Source of the DNA: Paraspadella gotoi
Taxonomy: Eukaryota; Animalia; Chaetognatha
Assembly (NCBI GenBank): GCA_051294375.1
Contig: CM119270.1
Location: 12,558,497 to 12,622,496, forward strand
Reading direction: 5' to 3'
Length of the DNA stretch: 64,000 nt
Shown here: piece by piece, positions 12,497-26,630 of the stretch
How the letters are laid out: the number at the start of each line of letters is the position of its first letter
Numbering within the stretch: position 1 is the first letter of the stretch
Made by a program: the position numbers and the translations under genes
The notes under the pieces: model-generated
The model's input: the letters and a program-made list of their open reading frames with translations, nothing else
Database searches by the model: none
Told to the model about the DNA's origin: nothing

Positions 12497-13562
12497 TCTC
12501 TCTCCATCCCTCACCACATTGATTCCAAGGACTTTCCTCTTTTCTTATTGCTCGACGCTAGTTTTATTTTTTCAATTTCTTCTTTTCCTCCTCAGTTTCT
12601 TCCCGTCTCCTGCAGGGCCTAATTTTACCCCTCCCAGACCAATCACAGAGATCCCGTCTTTTCGTCCTTCCCTCTCCTTTTTATTCTCCCCTTTCACCTT
12701 CTCCCATCACCGCCCGCTCAAACCATTCTCCCCCTCTCTCTCACCCCCCTTTTTTCTTGCCAGATCGGCAAACCTAAAAGGAAGGCGTAAGGATACGAAT
12801 GTTCACTGAATTTGCGTCCTGGCGTCGTGGATCGGTGAGAGTCGTTTCGTGAATTGCTCCTCTATCGCCGAACGTGACGTTGTTCTCTCCAAATGCATCC
12901 CCATGTAAACGCGTTTGCGAATCGCTCTCTTATTGTTTGCGTTCGTTTAAAAAAAAAAAAAATTGGGAAGGGATGAAATTTGAAAATATTCCGTAATAAG
13001 CTTTCGACGATTCCCCATCGGGAAATATTTGAGGAAATTTGAAAACGACGAGGGAACTCGAGCTGTCAAAATGAAAAAAAGAATTAAAAATATCTAGATT
13101 AACTCTAAAACCTATTAATGCTAGACGAGAACTCGCTTAAAAAAAATCAACTTTTTCTAAAAGAGAATTCCGTTCATATGACTCCGCAAATTAGCAAAGC
13201 GTTTGCCATAAAATTCGGTTAAAAAACAACTTGTAAAAACGCCGGAGTTCCGAGAGCGTTACATCTGAAGAGCTTTGTCCTTTCGTTTTATGCATTTGAT
13301 AAAGGATTTAATATCAAACAAGCACGGGAAAGCACTAACTCATCTCCGGAGAATTTTCAAAGCTCCTCATTTTACTATTAGAAATGAAAGGGAAAGGTTT
13401 ACAAACTTAAAATTGCAAAACGGGTTGCTATATGTTCGCTGTTACAGTGAGCGCTTCGAATCTCTCGCGATTCTGATAGCTTTGTGTCTGAAAGCTTGTT
13501 GTACCATTTTTTTTTCTTTTTATTATGATTTGACAAAAATGATCAGGTTTAAATGAAATAGT
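10811..13562. repeat. Nested foldback: ~830-bp arms 10811-~11645 and ~12733-13562 around an N-gap
   Basis: actatttcatttaaacctgatcatttt (10811) is the reverse complement of aaaatgatcaggtttaaatgaaatagt (ends 13562); ttttaggtttgccga (~11596) pairs with tcggcaaacctaaaa (~12765). Confidence 0.92.
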
Positions 13563-14498
13563 CCGGTTTGAATCGTCGAATTTTTATTTAAAAGAAATTA
13601 AAAGGAAGGTAAGAAAAAAACGATTTTTCCTAATAGTCTTTTGAGGAATAAGGATAAAGGGATGGTTAATAGCTACCAAAATGAAGCCATAATCATAGGG
13701 CATACAAGATACAACTTAGAATTAACTTATGCTGAATACCTCCTATACAGGGTGAGTGTCAAACTAACGTCTAATTATATAATGAATTTGTAAAACTAAT
13801 GACACCCCCTAAGAATAAATGAAAAATTAATTCTTTTTAATGTATTCTGAAAGAAAAAAGCTAAATTTGTACTCTAGTAAAACTTAAGTTTTTTGGATAA
13901 AGAAAATGTGAATTTTTTGTCACCTTAATATTTGCTTGTTCTGATTTTACAAGCCAATGCTACAAATTGATACAAAATATTATTACCCCATCACAGCCTA
14001 GTATTTATCTTTCTTTTCCACCAGCAAAAAAGTAAACCATTATTTTTATGCTACGAGAACAGGGAGTTTTACTTGGAAATGAGCCGGAGACATTCACTCT
14101 TTCACTTGACTGTTCATTTTTCAATAATAAATAGGCGAATTTTTTAAATTAATTTAACTCTCACAGGCTTCACAAGGACATCATTATTTCATAATATCCA
14201 ATTGTTAATGTAATTTTTATATTTTTTACCGAGAAATCATAAATAACAGAAAAGTTGTTGGATTCCCTTCGCTCGTTTAAGGAAAAAAACATTAACTAAG
14301 CGGAATTATAAGTTGTAGAGAGAGTCAGAATCGGAAAAATCTTAAAAGGCAGAGAATGTTGAAAAAAAGGGGGGTGGAAATTTTGATGGTTTCCTAAATT
14401 TCTCCACAATGTGGAAGGTCCGATTTTAAAGCGAAACTGTGAGATTTACAATATTCCCGTCATTCCACATCTATCGATATAAAAATATAGAAAAAAGA

Positions 14499-15973
14499 TC
14501 ACTGGCTTCTTTTTCTTATAGCGGCTTCCTAATAATGCTCTTCGATCAACAATCTCCAATTCCATAGAAAAAAAAGTAAGGGGAGAGGAGAGAGAGAGAG
14601 GAGAGAGAAGGAGAGGAGAGAGAGAGAGAGAGACGAGAGAGAGAGAGAGAGAGAGAGTGAGAGGAGAGAGGAGAGACGCGCATGATTTTCCCATTTGAGA
14701 AAATCTCCTAATGCTCCCGAACATCAAAAGATTCCAAATTTGAGTGGGTCGGGAGTCAACGATTGATACTATGGCATCGGCCCTCCGCGCCTTCGCGTCG
14801 CGGCCATAGATTGTGCAGATGACGACGAGTTTGCCGATTTTTGGATTCCACTCGCCGATTAGCGTTCCCCCTGGAGGAATAATCGTTATGATTGGTATCT
14901 TTTTATTGCTGCCCGTTATTTTTGCCTAGTTTCCACCCCGCCTATAAGCATGACCCTTTAATTGTGACCCGTGGCTAATTGAAGTAAAGCCATCACCTGA
15001 CCACTAGGTACCGAGTTCTATCCCGACCGGTACTGTCCTGCGGAACCATCAATCCCGGTTCCAACCCGGCCCGTCCCCTGCCTTCGGATGGGGTTATAAA
15101 AAGTTAGGATAGTTCATTTCTGCCCACTTAGCGCCTTATCCACCTACATAACTAAATAAAGTTAAAGCGGCATTAAATTTTTCAGGAGAATAGTGTATTA
15201 ATCATTAATCATTAACACAGCACTTTAACTCCATTTTTTCCCAGATCGGGTTTCGGCCATGACGGGCCTTGCGGGCGTATTCCCAATTGCGGGAAGCCTT
15301 CTCCATTCCTCGCCGTCTTGGCTCTGGATTTCTCGCCGCCTGCTGCTGTTACTCGCCAGTGAATGGATTAACCCTGGCGTCGGTTGACGACGTCGGTCCA
15401 AATCCATCGCTTTGGGGATGCAGGTGAGGAAAGGGAAAAAGTTAGGGAAGAAGAAAAAAGATGTCTTTCTAATGAGGGTTGATGTGAGAGCGATGATTTA
15501 TCTGATGATGATGAGTCGTTATTGGGGTAAGGGTCTCGAAAAGAAATGGGAACCCCCCCCAAAAAAAAAGATAAGGGGAAAGGTCGAGGAATTTTAGATT
15601 ATATGGTACTCGTTCGGCCTTCGTTAGATAGATGTTAAAGAAAAATGTTGAATATATTTTATGTATTCAAGTCGTAAAGATTTCTGTTTTTTTATCGGTC
15701 AAAATATCTTTTCATTTAGAATGAGGTTTATTGCGTTTTCGCTTCTCTTGTCATTTGCAAAGGAATAAATAAAAAAACATAAATAAAAATGTGCGCAATC
15801 GTGAATGAAATTTTTTTTCTCTCTTCATTCGAGAAAATCGACCGCAGCTCATTGTCTTTTTCTTCGCTGTCTCCCTCATTCTCTCTCTTCCCAGTGATGC
15901 ACACTCTCTTTTTCTCTTTCCTTATTCTTCTCTCTCTTCTCTCTTCTCTCTTCTCTCTCTCTCTCTCTCTACT

Positions 15974-16004
<31 letters not shown>

Positions 16005-16119
16005 ATCTCTCTCTCTCTCTCCCCATCTCTCTCTACTCGCTCGTTTTATCGCACTCATATCATTTTTCATCGCCCTCTCCTTCTCGAATCGACTTCACTC
16101 GCTTTATCACTCTCTCTCG

Positions 16120-16155
<36 letters not shown>

Positions 16156-18697
16156 CTTCTCTTCCTCTCTCTCTCTTCATCTCTCTTCTCTCTTCTTCAG
16201 CGGCGAGTCAGCGCCTCTTGGCCCCAAATGCCCCACGACCCATCGATGCTGTACGTCTATCGCTTCCAAGCTGCCTCAATTTTGGAGGCAAGAAATTGCG
16301 CACACGGACGCTTGGGTGTTTGCAATACGATTCCGTGAACGGTAACAGCGGGCTCGCGTTGAGGGTGGGGGGGGAGGTGGCGAAAAAAAGGCCAAAAGCG
16401 AGATTGAAGTTTCTTCCACGGCGCAAGGAAATTAATTTGTTACCGGGGTCTTTTGTTGAAGTCAAGAGAGATTTTTTTTTGTTTAGTATTGAGTCATATT
16501 GTTAGTGATTATGGTTCAATATTGGAGTGAGTCGATTGGAGAGATTTAATAGTTTGTAATATACAAAGTAACATTTAAATTAAAATTTAAAACAAACAGG
16601 AGTTACTGATCACAAAGGTGTTTAGGAAAGAATGTTTCCAGAATGTTTTCCAATGGAAATGCCTCGAATATGCAATAGGAGTGTTGCTTAAGGAATTTAC
16701 TGAGGTTAAAGCATTTGAGCACCTTCCCAATCTTACAAGGTTGCTTCCCAACATTATTTCCGCGTCCACGACTTACCCACTTTCCTTCTTTTTTTATTCA
16801 ATCTCTCCAGTCAAACTTTAGACTTAAGACTTACCGTGTTGACTGTTCAGTCGAGTTAAAGACAGATTTAATCTTAACCAAAGCGTCCTTATTTTGAGAC
16901 GCTTGTCTATGCACCAGCAAGCAAACTGCCCTTAACTTACGAATATTGTTTTTGGGCGACAGCACATTACTCAGACATGTTACTTTTACCGGACTTTATA
17001 TTTTAAACATTCACTCCTATTTATTTTTTTCCCTATAAGTTTTCCACTATTTTCCGATAGCATATATCCAGCTATTTTTACTTCTGCAAGCTATATTGCC
17101 TTCGTCTATATCCCCGTTTGGCAACTCAACCTTTTCCGTTAATTCCGTCTTTTCGCCAAGCATTCCAATCGACTTTGCCACCTGACTCTTTCTCACCCCG
17201 AAAAAAAACACTCTGATCTCCAACCAACCCTTCCTCTTCTCCCGTCTTCTCACCACCCATACTTACCCACTTGCCCTACCCCCTTCACACTTCCCTCCAG
17301 GTTACCCTATTACTCTTCGGGTTCACCTCCGCCGCCAAAATGGTCGGGATTTTCTGTCATGCTCGGCTGCATCTTTCTGAATCGCCTCGACGAGAGGGAG
17401 TAAGAAAAGTCGACCACCACGACCTCAGACAGGTTGTTTTTTTTAAAGAGGAGTTCGGAGAGGGAGGAGAGGGAGAGAGAGAGGGGAGAGGGAGTCGGGG
17501 AGAGAAGAAAGTTTAAAATGGGAAGAAAGGAAAGACAAGATAAGAGTGAGAGAGTTTTTTTTTTTAAAAAGGAGTTTGAGGGTGAAGGAAGGGAAAGGAA
17601 GGGAGGGAGAAGGGGAGAGAAGGTGAGTGAAAGCAAAGAAAGAAAGGTGAAGAAGAGTGCAAGAAGAGTGAAAAAGGGGGATGGAGTGTATTTATTTAAA
17701 GGAAGAGAGTTTGACGGAGTTGGTTGGTCGATAATAAGAAGTGTTAATTTAAATCGGAAGGATGGGAAAGATTTATGCCTGGGATGGAAGCGAAAGAGGT
17801 TTTTGTTACCAAAGGAGGGAGGAACTCAAGGGTGAGGATTAAGGAGAATTTACTTTAAGAGGGGGAGGAACGGAAGAAAGAAGAAAGAGAGAGTGGGGGG
17901 GGGTTAAAATGAGAAGAGGTGAAGAATAGAGGACGGAGAGGGTTTTTTTGAGAGAAAAAAAGAAAGCAAAGGTGGTTATCTAAAGAGTCGAAAGAAAGGG
18001 GGTAGACTTGTTTTAACGAGAGTGATAGGAATGTCGAAATTTTTTCGGGATAACGGAAAAAAAAAGGGAAATTATTTTTCAAGAGAGGTGTTAAGCAAAG
18101 GAGGAAGGTTATTTTAAGGAGAGAAATGAGAAAGAAAGAGAGGAGATGAGAGAAAGAGAGGGAATTTTAAGGCATGAGGATTCCTTAGGCTGTATATCGC
18201 GATAGTGAGAAATTTGTGCCTGGAGGGATAATGAAAGAGAGAGGAGAGGAGAGAGGAGAGGAAGGAGATGGAGAGAGATTGAGGAGAGAGACGACAGAGA
18301 GAGAGATGAGAACAGTGTTAGAACCAGGGAGCCATTGGACAGGAAGAGTTTTTATAAAAAGCTAAGGGGATGGGATGGAAGTCTTTTTTTTCTAAACGCT
18401 TCTCAAGGAGGCGCGAGTTTTTAAGGAGTCCGGTGGGTGAACGAATAGGTCACCGAAGAAGAGCGACTACAGTTTTTTGTTTTTCTAGGGAAAAGTCTAA
18501 AGGTACTCTTTTTTGAGAACGTTGATACATTATGAGGCATTCTTCAAGCAGACGGCATAACGAAATTTGCTTCTTTTTTTTCCGTTCGTTTCCCGAAGTC
18601 CGCCAATCGAAGTCGTTTGTCTGAGAAAGAGCAAGGGTGAGAGTAATTTCCTTGATGGAATATGTCTCTCTCTTCGTTTCTCTCTCTCTCTCTCTCT

Positions 18698-18739
<42 letters not shown>

Positions 18740-20458
18740 CTCTCTCTCTCTCTTCTCTCTATTTTTTTAGGGTTAGACTCGGAGTTTCGAGAGAGTTTTT
18801 TCTTCAGGGTTAGAAGGAGGGAGGAGAAGGGAAGAGAAAATGTTTCGCGAGTAGAGGGACGACGTTTTTTCTTTTCTTTTCTTTTCCTCACCGTTGCATC
18901 TCGCCGGTAGACGGGTAAAAGCCGCGGTTAAAAATAAGTCTCAGGGCGATCAGTAGTTTGATCCTTTGGGTGACGCCGCGCCCGTTTTTTTTTTTATTTC
19001 ACTCGGCGCCGAGAGGCGATATGCATAAAAAAAAAGCGTTGGTGCTTCCGCCGGAAGTCATTGCTCTGGCGGAGTTTGTCAGTTTTGAGTTTTGCGGTTC
19101 GTTGAGTCTTATCGAGGTTGAAAACTTTTGAGAAATTTGATTTGTTAAAAAAATATGTTTTGGTTTTTTTTTTTCGTTGTTGCGGGTCTCTGTTGGTTAA
19201 GTTGGATTCCGAGTTATCCTGTTGCGTTAAGTTGCGATTCACGAGTTTTGGTTGGTTAAGATTGGCATTCCGAGTTTTTTGTTGGTTATTATAGTTGGAT
19301 TCGAGTTTCTTTTGGTTTAAGTTGGATTTCGGAGTTTCTGTTTTGGTTTAGTTGGATTTCCGAAGTTTCTGTTGGTTAAGGTGGATTCTAGTTTCTGTGG
19401 GTTAAGTTGGATTCGAGTCGTCCTTTGTTCGTTTTATTTATTTCGCCTGAACGCGTCTTGCGGTTTTGAAATCGGTTTATATTGCACATTGGCTTGGCAT
19501 CAATCCGAGTTGCAGGCGTCGGGTTGTTTCCTTTTCGCCACCGACGACGGCCGCCGCCGCCGCCTCCGGGAAGAATGATTTTGCTTTTTCGTCCTCAGTG
19601 CGCGAACAGTTTGTTTTGGGGGGGGTCTTTTTTTATGGCGCGCTGGGGGTCACTCCGCAGCCGTGGTTGCCGCAGTTGCGACCCGCGTTGCCGCAGCTTG
19701 TTCTCAAGCCGCCGCAGTGTGGGCTTCCGTGGTTAAGCAGACATCCGGAGATCGCGACTTTGGTTCGAGTTCTTCGCCGAGACTTTTAAGGTTTTCCGCC
19801 CGAAATTTCTTTACCTCCTCCCGTTTTTTTATCGCTTTTCTCAGTCTCTGTTTCTCTGTTGTCCTTTCCCTTTCCCCATTTCCATTCCCCTTTCTCCGTC
19901 TTTGTCCTTTCCCTTCTTTCTTCCTTTCCCCTGATTCCATTCCCCTTTTTCTCGTCTTTTCCTTCCCTTCTTCCTTCCCTTTCTCTTTCCCTTTCCCATT
20001 CGTCCTTCCCTTTTCCCCGTCTTTGTCCTTTCCTTCTTCCTTTCCCTTTCCCTTTCTCCATTCTTCTTCCCTTTTCCCGTCTTTGCCTTTTCCTTCTTTC
20101 CTTCACTTTCCCTTCCCTTTCCCCATTCCCCATTTCCTTCCTTCCCCTTCCTCCTTTCCTCTTTCCCCGATTTTAGATCTTTCTTTTCCTCTTCTTCGGT
20201 TTCTTTTTCTTCCATTCGATGTCTGCCCCGTATTTCTACGTCTTTTCAAAAGTTCAAAGTCCATTCTTGCTTTTTCCCCCTTTTCCTCTTTTTAAATATT
20301 ACAGTCTTTGTTCCTCCCTTGTGTAATGCCAATCTCGTTCTTGTTTTTGACGAGAATCGCCACTCGGATCGTTACGCCTTATCAACCGGTTGACAGTTTT
20401 GTTCAGTGTGGCGACGTTCTCTCATCTTTTATCGATTTTATTTACATTTTATATTTAA
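14499..20458. repeat. Right arm of a large inverted duplication (partner 700-7420)
   Basis: Reverse complement of the left arm; differences are mostly homopolymer or single-base indels. Confidence 0.95.
15245..17432 (+). pseudogene. SLCO: Inverted duplicate of the SLCO TM10-TM12 exons, lacking the 5' exons (partial duplicate or assembly artefact)
   Basis: Exons 15245-15423, ~16200-16341 and 17301-17432 are reverse complements of 6706-6532, 5252-5121 and 4181-4052, with extra indels. Confidence 0.8.
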
Positions 20459-21449
20459 GAATTAATTCGTTAGAAACTTGGATCAGAGTTGGACGTTCTG
20501 ACGTTTTTTTTTTTTTACCGCAAGGAAAATTAACTGATGTTCTTCCTCCAGAACTTTCTTTTTCCATTTCGCCTCAGTTCTCCCGTGTCATGTATTCTCG
20601 CGTCTCATGATGTCATTTTCTCTCGTCTCCCTCTTCCTTGTCATCTCTCCCTTCCTTGTCATCTCCTCCCTTTTCCTGTTAGCTCTGTCTTCTTCGTCTT
20701 ATCGTTTCCTTTCCCGATTTCGTCGTCTCTCCGCGGCCTCGATATAAAAAAAGAAAAAAGGAGAAAAAAAAAAATCCATTTTCCATTTTCTCTTTTTTTT
20801 GTTCCCCGGCGTTTCGGGCAGATTGAGTCCCGAAACCTCGACGGAGCGGTTCGTGGCAAGAGAGAGAGAGAGAGAGACGAGAGAGAGAGAGAGATCGAGA
20901 TGAGGAGAGAGACGAGAGAGAGAGAGGGAGACCGAGAGAGAAGAGAGACGAGACGCTAGCGAGGCGGAGAGAGCAGACGCCGAGAGAGAAAGGTAGTTGC
21001 CGGGGAGATTCCGCGACGACGCCTTCTTAAAGTATGCACGGGCTCCAAGGTCGCCCGCCGCCCCCGGATGGGGATGGCGCGATGCCAAACATAAATTATG
21101 TCATTTAAAGTCGCGTGAAATCAGCGCGTGCTCGGACGTAGGGAGAGAGGGGGCGTTGAGGGTGAAAATTTCAAAAAAAGTGAATTATAAAATTGGTTTT
21201 AAAATCGGGGATATAAGATCAAGGAGGAAGAGGGGAGGAAAGGAAAGGGAAGGATCGAGGAAAAGATGGAGAGAAAAAAAAAAGAAAAAAAAAAGGACGA
21301 TTGGAAAATAAAACTCGAGGAACGAGTCGTCAGAAGCCGCGTTGAAAGTTGCGTTATTAGGCAGGGCGCTTATAGGGAAGAGGGGAAAAGCTATTAAATC
21401 GGTAGAACAGGTCGAACCGGCCGAAGCAGGATGCGTTCTGGATGCCTTG

Positions 21450-22112
21450 TGGGATGGTGTGGGATGAGGCGGGGATGAGATGGTAGGAGTGATGACGGTG
21501 GGTGAGATGGGAGGAGGTTGAGGTGGGTGAGTATGGGGGAGGTGAGGTGGATGAGATGGGAGGAGGTTGAGGGTGGATTGAGATGGGGGAGGTGAAGTGG
21601 GATGAGATGGGGAATGTGAAGTGGGATGTGAGGATGGGAAGAGGTTGAGACCTGGGATTGAAGAGGGGATGGTGGTGAGCTGGATGAGATGGGGAGGAGG
21701 TGAGGTGAGGTGATAGATGGGGAGAGGGTGAGGTGGGATGAGATGGCGGAGTGAGGTGAGGTGGATGAGTATGGGGAGGTGAGGTGGGATTGGATGGGAT
21801 AATTCCTGGACTGGGTGGGATTAGGTGAGTGGGATGGGATGGGAGGAGATGATGGTGGGATGGGATGGGAGTATTCCTGGGATGGGATGGGAGGTAGGTG
21901 AGCTGGGATGAGATGGGAACAGGGTGAGGTTGGGATGAGAGATATTCTGTATGGGATGGGAGGAGGTTGAGCTGGGTACTTGTGATTGGGAATAAGTTAA
22001 GGTGATAGATTTAGGAGATTTTCTGGAATGGGATGGAGGAGGTCTGAGTGGGATCGAGATGGGAGGAGGTGAGGTGGGATGGGATGGGGAAGGTGAGGAT
22101 GGGATGGGGTGT
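21450..22112. repeat. G-rich degenerate repeat (gggatgagatgggaggaggtgaggt-like)
   Basis: Nearly C-free tract of GGGAT/GAGAT/GAGGT pentamer variants. Confidence 0.85.
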
Positions 22113-25100
22113 GGGCAGTAAATTGTCTTTGAATGGGTTATCCTGAACGATTTATATGGCGTGATGTGGCAATGAAGACAACAGTTGCTGATTCAATAAA
22201 CCTGTAGGAGGATGGAATGAATGACGCCATCAAGATTTAAGGTCTAAGGAAAAAAGGCAGGAAAAAAACTTAGGAAAAACATGGAAGGAAAAAAAAAATT
22301 AAACGTGAAAACGGTGAGCAAACAAGATGCTTTTCTCTTCTAAAAAAAGTAAACAGCTATACAAGTTGTTTACCATGGAAAGTCAAAGAAAAGGATTTTG
22401 AGAAAAAGTAAGTTACCCGAGGAATGGGAAAGTGCATGAGAAGCCGAGAGAAGAGGAAGTCGTAAAAAAGCGGATGCTGGTAGGTAACGAGAAAGGGAGG
22501 AAAAAAAACAGAAAAAGGAAAAAAGAAAAGAAATTAAAAGAAGAAAGAAGCCCGTATTTTATTGAGCGTAAAAAGGAAATGAAGGCGACGTTCACCCCAA
22601 GAGATTATTTTGATATCTTTCCTTTTCCCTCATCCCTCTCTCTCGTCTATCTCTCTCTCTCTGCTCCTTAGGAAACGGAGGCGGGCGTCTAGGCGAAGCA
22701 AATTTGTTTGACATGAAAGGCCACTTCGGAAGAGAATATGACTTTTTGGAGATTTTAGAAAATTACATTCGCGATTATGAGTATAATCTTGTAATGTTAA
22801 GTTACAGTAGATTAGACAGGAAAATATTTTTCCGGAATATGATTTAAATTGTTGATTTGAGAGTATGAATATTAAATATAACTAAAGAAGAGATACAGTA
22901 ATATAAATTATTTAATTTGCTTACAAGATTTGATTATTTTGTGACTTTTATTTTAATTAGCAGACATAATTTGACTCGTCTTTAATCAGGGGCTTTGAGA
23001 CAGTTATGAATGTTTCAGAAAATTGTTGTGTTAAAAGAAAAGTTGAGGGTGTGAGAGAGAGAGAGAAAGTTCAAAGTTTCAACGAAGATTGGAGAAATAG
23101 ACAGTGATTGGTGGTGAGGACAGATTTTAGATAACGGCCAGATTGAGTACAGTTGTGAAAGAAGTGAGAATTTGTCAAAGAGAGTAAGTGAGGGAGAGAG
23201 AGAGGAGAGAGACCGGATCGCAGAGAGAGAGAGGAGAGCGAGGAGATGAGAGAAGAGAGAGAGAGAGAGAGAGAGAAAGAGTTTTGTAATCAATTTGATT
23301 AATATACAACGAGATAAATAGAAACTTGAAATTTATGACTAAAAATAATTAACAAATTGATTAAATTATTGAAAAATTGAAATTTGAGAGATAGAATTTG
23401 AAAATTTGAAATAGAATTTGCTTAAATGATTTTCTTACGTGTTTACAAAAATGATTTTAAAATTTCGTCTCTTAGAAACGGTTGAGACGCTTAAAATGAT
23501 ATTTATGACACCGACAATGCATTAAGATATTTACACTTTGTTCGAAAGCTTGACCGACAAAAAGCTGTTTAAAGGTTCAGTTGAAGGAAGATATCAGACA
23601 GATTCAAACAGTTGAGCCGCAAAAAGCGTGGGTTTAAAAGACGTAACTCGGAGCGACAAATTATTTAACAGCATAATACGCCTAAATGATGTTTTTGCAT
23701 AAAAGACGTTGACAGCATATTATTACTTGCATCAAACAGGGATGCAAAAAAAAAGCCAGTCGAAGGTCGACGCTCAGAATTGGTTGTGATTTTATATCGT
23801 AACTCGAGGCGTTCGAGACGAGAAACGAGCGGCCCTGTCTCTCTGCTCTTCTGTCTCTCTGATCTCTCTGGTCTCTCTCTTTCTGTCTTTATGTATTACG
23901 CTCTTCCTTCTCGGAGTATGAATGGAGATTCAGATTGAATTAGGGATTTGTGAAGCGGGAAGCCTCTCAACGATTCACTGGCCTCACTCGCCGGCGCAGT
24001 GAAAGGGGGGAGATTGTTTTGGGTTTTTCTTATTAATATTGTTATATATCTACGTATTTTTTTTAGCTGTTCGTTTAAAAAAATACACATTTGCGTAAAA
24101 AAGATCAATTAATTTTCGGCGAGAAAAATGGATTCATTCAGACAACGTGCGAGATTTGGATTTTCTCACCATTACTTTCTCCAATTCTCTCTTTAACTTT
24201 AAAAAAATATAAAGTTTAATTCCGAATCGCTCCAATTTAATTTCTCGTCTCATTCTCCTAACTCCACCGTTTCGTTAATATGTTTCTCTCGCTTTTCGTT
24301 ATGCCGTTCTCTGTCTCTCTTCTGTCGCACTTTATTCCTTTATCTTTTCCTCCAAACGCTAATCATTCGGGCGAAAAAAAAAGTTAAGCAGTAGCGACGA
24401 CTAAAAACATCGACTACCGATGCGAGACTCTTATATGAGCCGCATCTGTGTAGCAGCATGATAGAGAAGGAGTGGGGAGGAGGGGAAGGATGGAGAGAGA
24501 GGAAAGAGATCTCTCTCCTTTTAGAGAGAGAAAGAGAGAAAGAGAGAGAGAGAGAGATAGGTATTTATAGTTTGGGTGGTGCAACTGAAAAAGGGAAACC
24601 GAAAGTCGGAAAAGGGTCGTGGGTTTGTGAGAGGCGGAAAGACGATGAGAATTAAAAGGGAGGAAAATATTGAAAATTTTAAAATTGGATTAAAGACTTC
24701 AATGAAGTGTTATGAAGAGATAGAGAGAAGAACAAGGACTTACGAAGGGAAATAAAGGGAATGAGAGAGGCATAAACATTAAACAATAAACAAGTCAAGT
24801 GAACGTGAAGAGAGAGAGAGAGAGGGAAATGGGTGTTTAAAGGTATTAAGACGAGCAAGGAACTAAGCGGGGTAACGAAATCCGAAAGGGAATCGCAGTG
24901 GGATTACATCCGGGGTTTAGATGAAAAAAGAAGGTGAGCCTTTCCTCTTCCCCCCCCTTTTTTCCCTCGGGGAGGAGGAGTAATTGAAAAAGACGACAAA
25001 GGAAGGAATCAATGAAGGAGAAAGAAAAAATGGAAGAAAAAACGAGATGGATTGTTTGCTCAACAGTCATGATTCTCGGTGAGAGAGGAATTCAGTCAAG

Positions 25101-26050
25101 TCTTTCCAATACCTTCTCGTTTTAGCCATTCCCAAAAAAATACGGAGATCAAGGTTTGATTTTTGCAGGCCGGAAATGACTAAAGATGGCTATCGAATAT
25201 GAAATTATTGGCTACGATAAGCGGTCATCAAAAAGAGTAATCAGCTATATTAAATTGACGGAATGTCCTACTCAATGTAAAGCGACTCGCTTTATGATTT
25301 CCGGTTCGATTTCCCACATTTTTCCCCCCAATTCTTGTTTCTCTATATCAAAAACGTCGGAAACGGCGTCTTACCCAGTTTGGGTCTTTGAGCCTCCTCG
25401 GCTCGGCCCTTCGGCCTCGATCCGGATCTACCGTCGCAAACAACCGGTCCAACCTTTATTTCCCGCCTTTGACTCGCCCGCCGTCGCCCGCGCGTCGCCC
25501 GGGTCTTGCCGCCCATGTCACATCTTGTTTACCACCGCATAAAACGCCCTCTCTCTTCTCTCTCTGCATCCTCTCTCTCTCTCATCTTCTCTCTCCCTCA
25601 CTTCTCTCTTCTCTTCTCTCTCTCTCCCCGAAAAAGCGCGGGCTCGTTCGAGGATTCAGGGGGAATTATTATATAATTCCCCGGCATCATCGAAAAGACT
25701 CTTAAACTGAAAGGACGACGGGGAGAAAAATTCGGGGAGGGAAGGGGGCGGGGGGGTTGAAATGATGGTAGGAAGGACATACGGGCAAAATATATAAGGT
25801 AAAAAATAAAAGGTGGACAACTAAGAGAACCCAGAAGGAGGGAATTAATGAAAAGAAGGAACGAAAAGAAAGGAAGAATAAAAAAGAAGGGTGAGAAAAA
25901 ATATGGAGGGGAAAAAAAGAAAAAGTAGGAAAGAGAGATCTGCGTAAGGAATAGAAAGGAAAACAGAAAGATAGAGACTAAAAAAGACATTACAGGGGGG
26001 AAAATGTAGAGAATATGGGTAGCTAAAAATAGAAAAGAAAGGAAAATGGG

Positions 26051-26111
<61 letters not shown>

Positions 26112-26205
26112 CATCAGAGCAGCGCCTCAAGCGAGCTCGACTTAACACATCCCTCCGCTCGCGCGAACCCAGTTACCTGCGCCTGACTCGCTCTCTCGCT
26201 CTCAC

Positions 26206-26423
26206 CTTTCCGTAAATAGCTCTTGATGGCCGAGAGAACGTCCTCGCGTTCTCCCGGCGTTCTCCCCTCCGCCGCCGCCGCCGCCGCCGCCGCCGAAACA
26301 GACGCAGCCACGCCGCCGCTTCCGACAGCCGCAGACGACGCCCTGCCGACGCACCCCGCGAAGCAGGGATTGAAGAAGGTCTTCCCGTCGGCGCCGCAAA
26401 CCGGAGAATAATCTCTTCGGCAT
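26206..26423 (-). CDS. SLCO: SLCO exon: Kazal-like extracellular domain
   Basis: cag|ATGCCG..AAAG|gtgag, 218 nt. Joins in phase 2 to the CNAHC exon to give CNAHCKCRRDYSPVCGADGKTFFNPCFAGC, the OATP Kazal-like motif, followed by a poly-Ala stretch. Confidence 0.92.
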
Positions 26424-26630
26424 CTGGAATCGACGAGGCCGGGATTAGGTTTTATGGGTGGACAGGAAATTTCGGTGGGTGGCGGGGGGGGGCCTTTTTG
26501 TCGGTTCCGGAGGTGGGTGGGTAATGAGAGTGGGTGAGGTCAAATGAGAAGCGCAGGAGGCAGACGTGCGGCGACGAAATGGGCGAAGGACGAACGGCGC
26601 GATAATTACCTTCGTTTCGATCGTCATCGC

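Noticed and set aside
11567-12622. 351-aa and 282-aa ORFs
   Set aside because: Almost entirely translated N-gap.
13745-13810. TACAGGGTG.. resembling a Tc1/mariner or MITE terminal repeat
   Set aside because: No convincing partner TIR or transposase nearby.
20460-25300. Possible genes in the purine-rich region
   Set aside because: Low-complexity, error-rich sequence with no recognisable exons.
25376-25530. Possible SLCO exon after the Kazal exon (..NKGWTGCL..|gtaaga, minus strand)
   Set aside because: Plausible position, but no clear acceptor and the frame is broken; not supportable without polishing.
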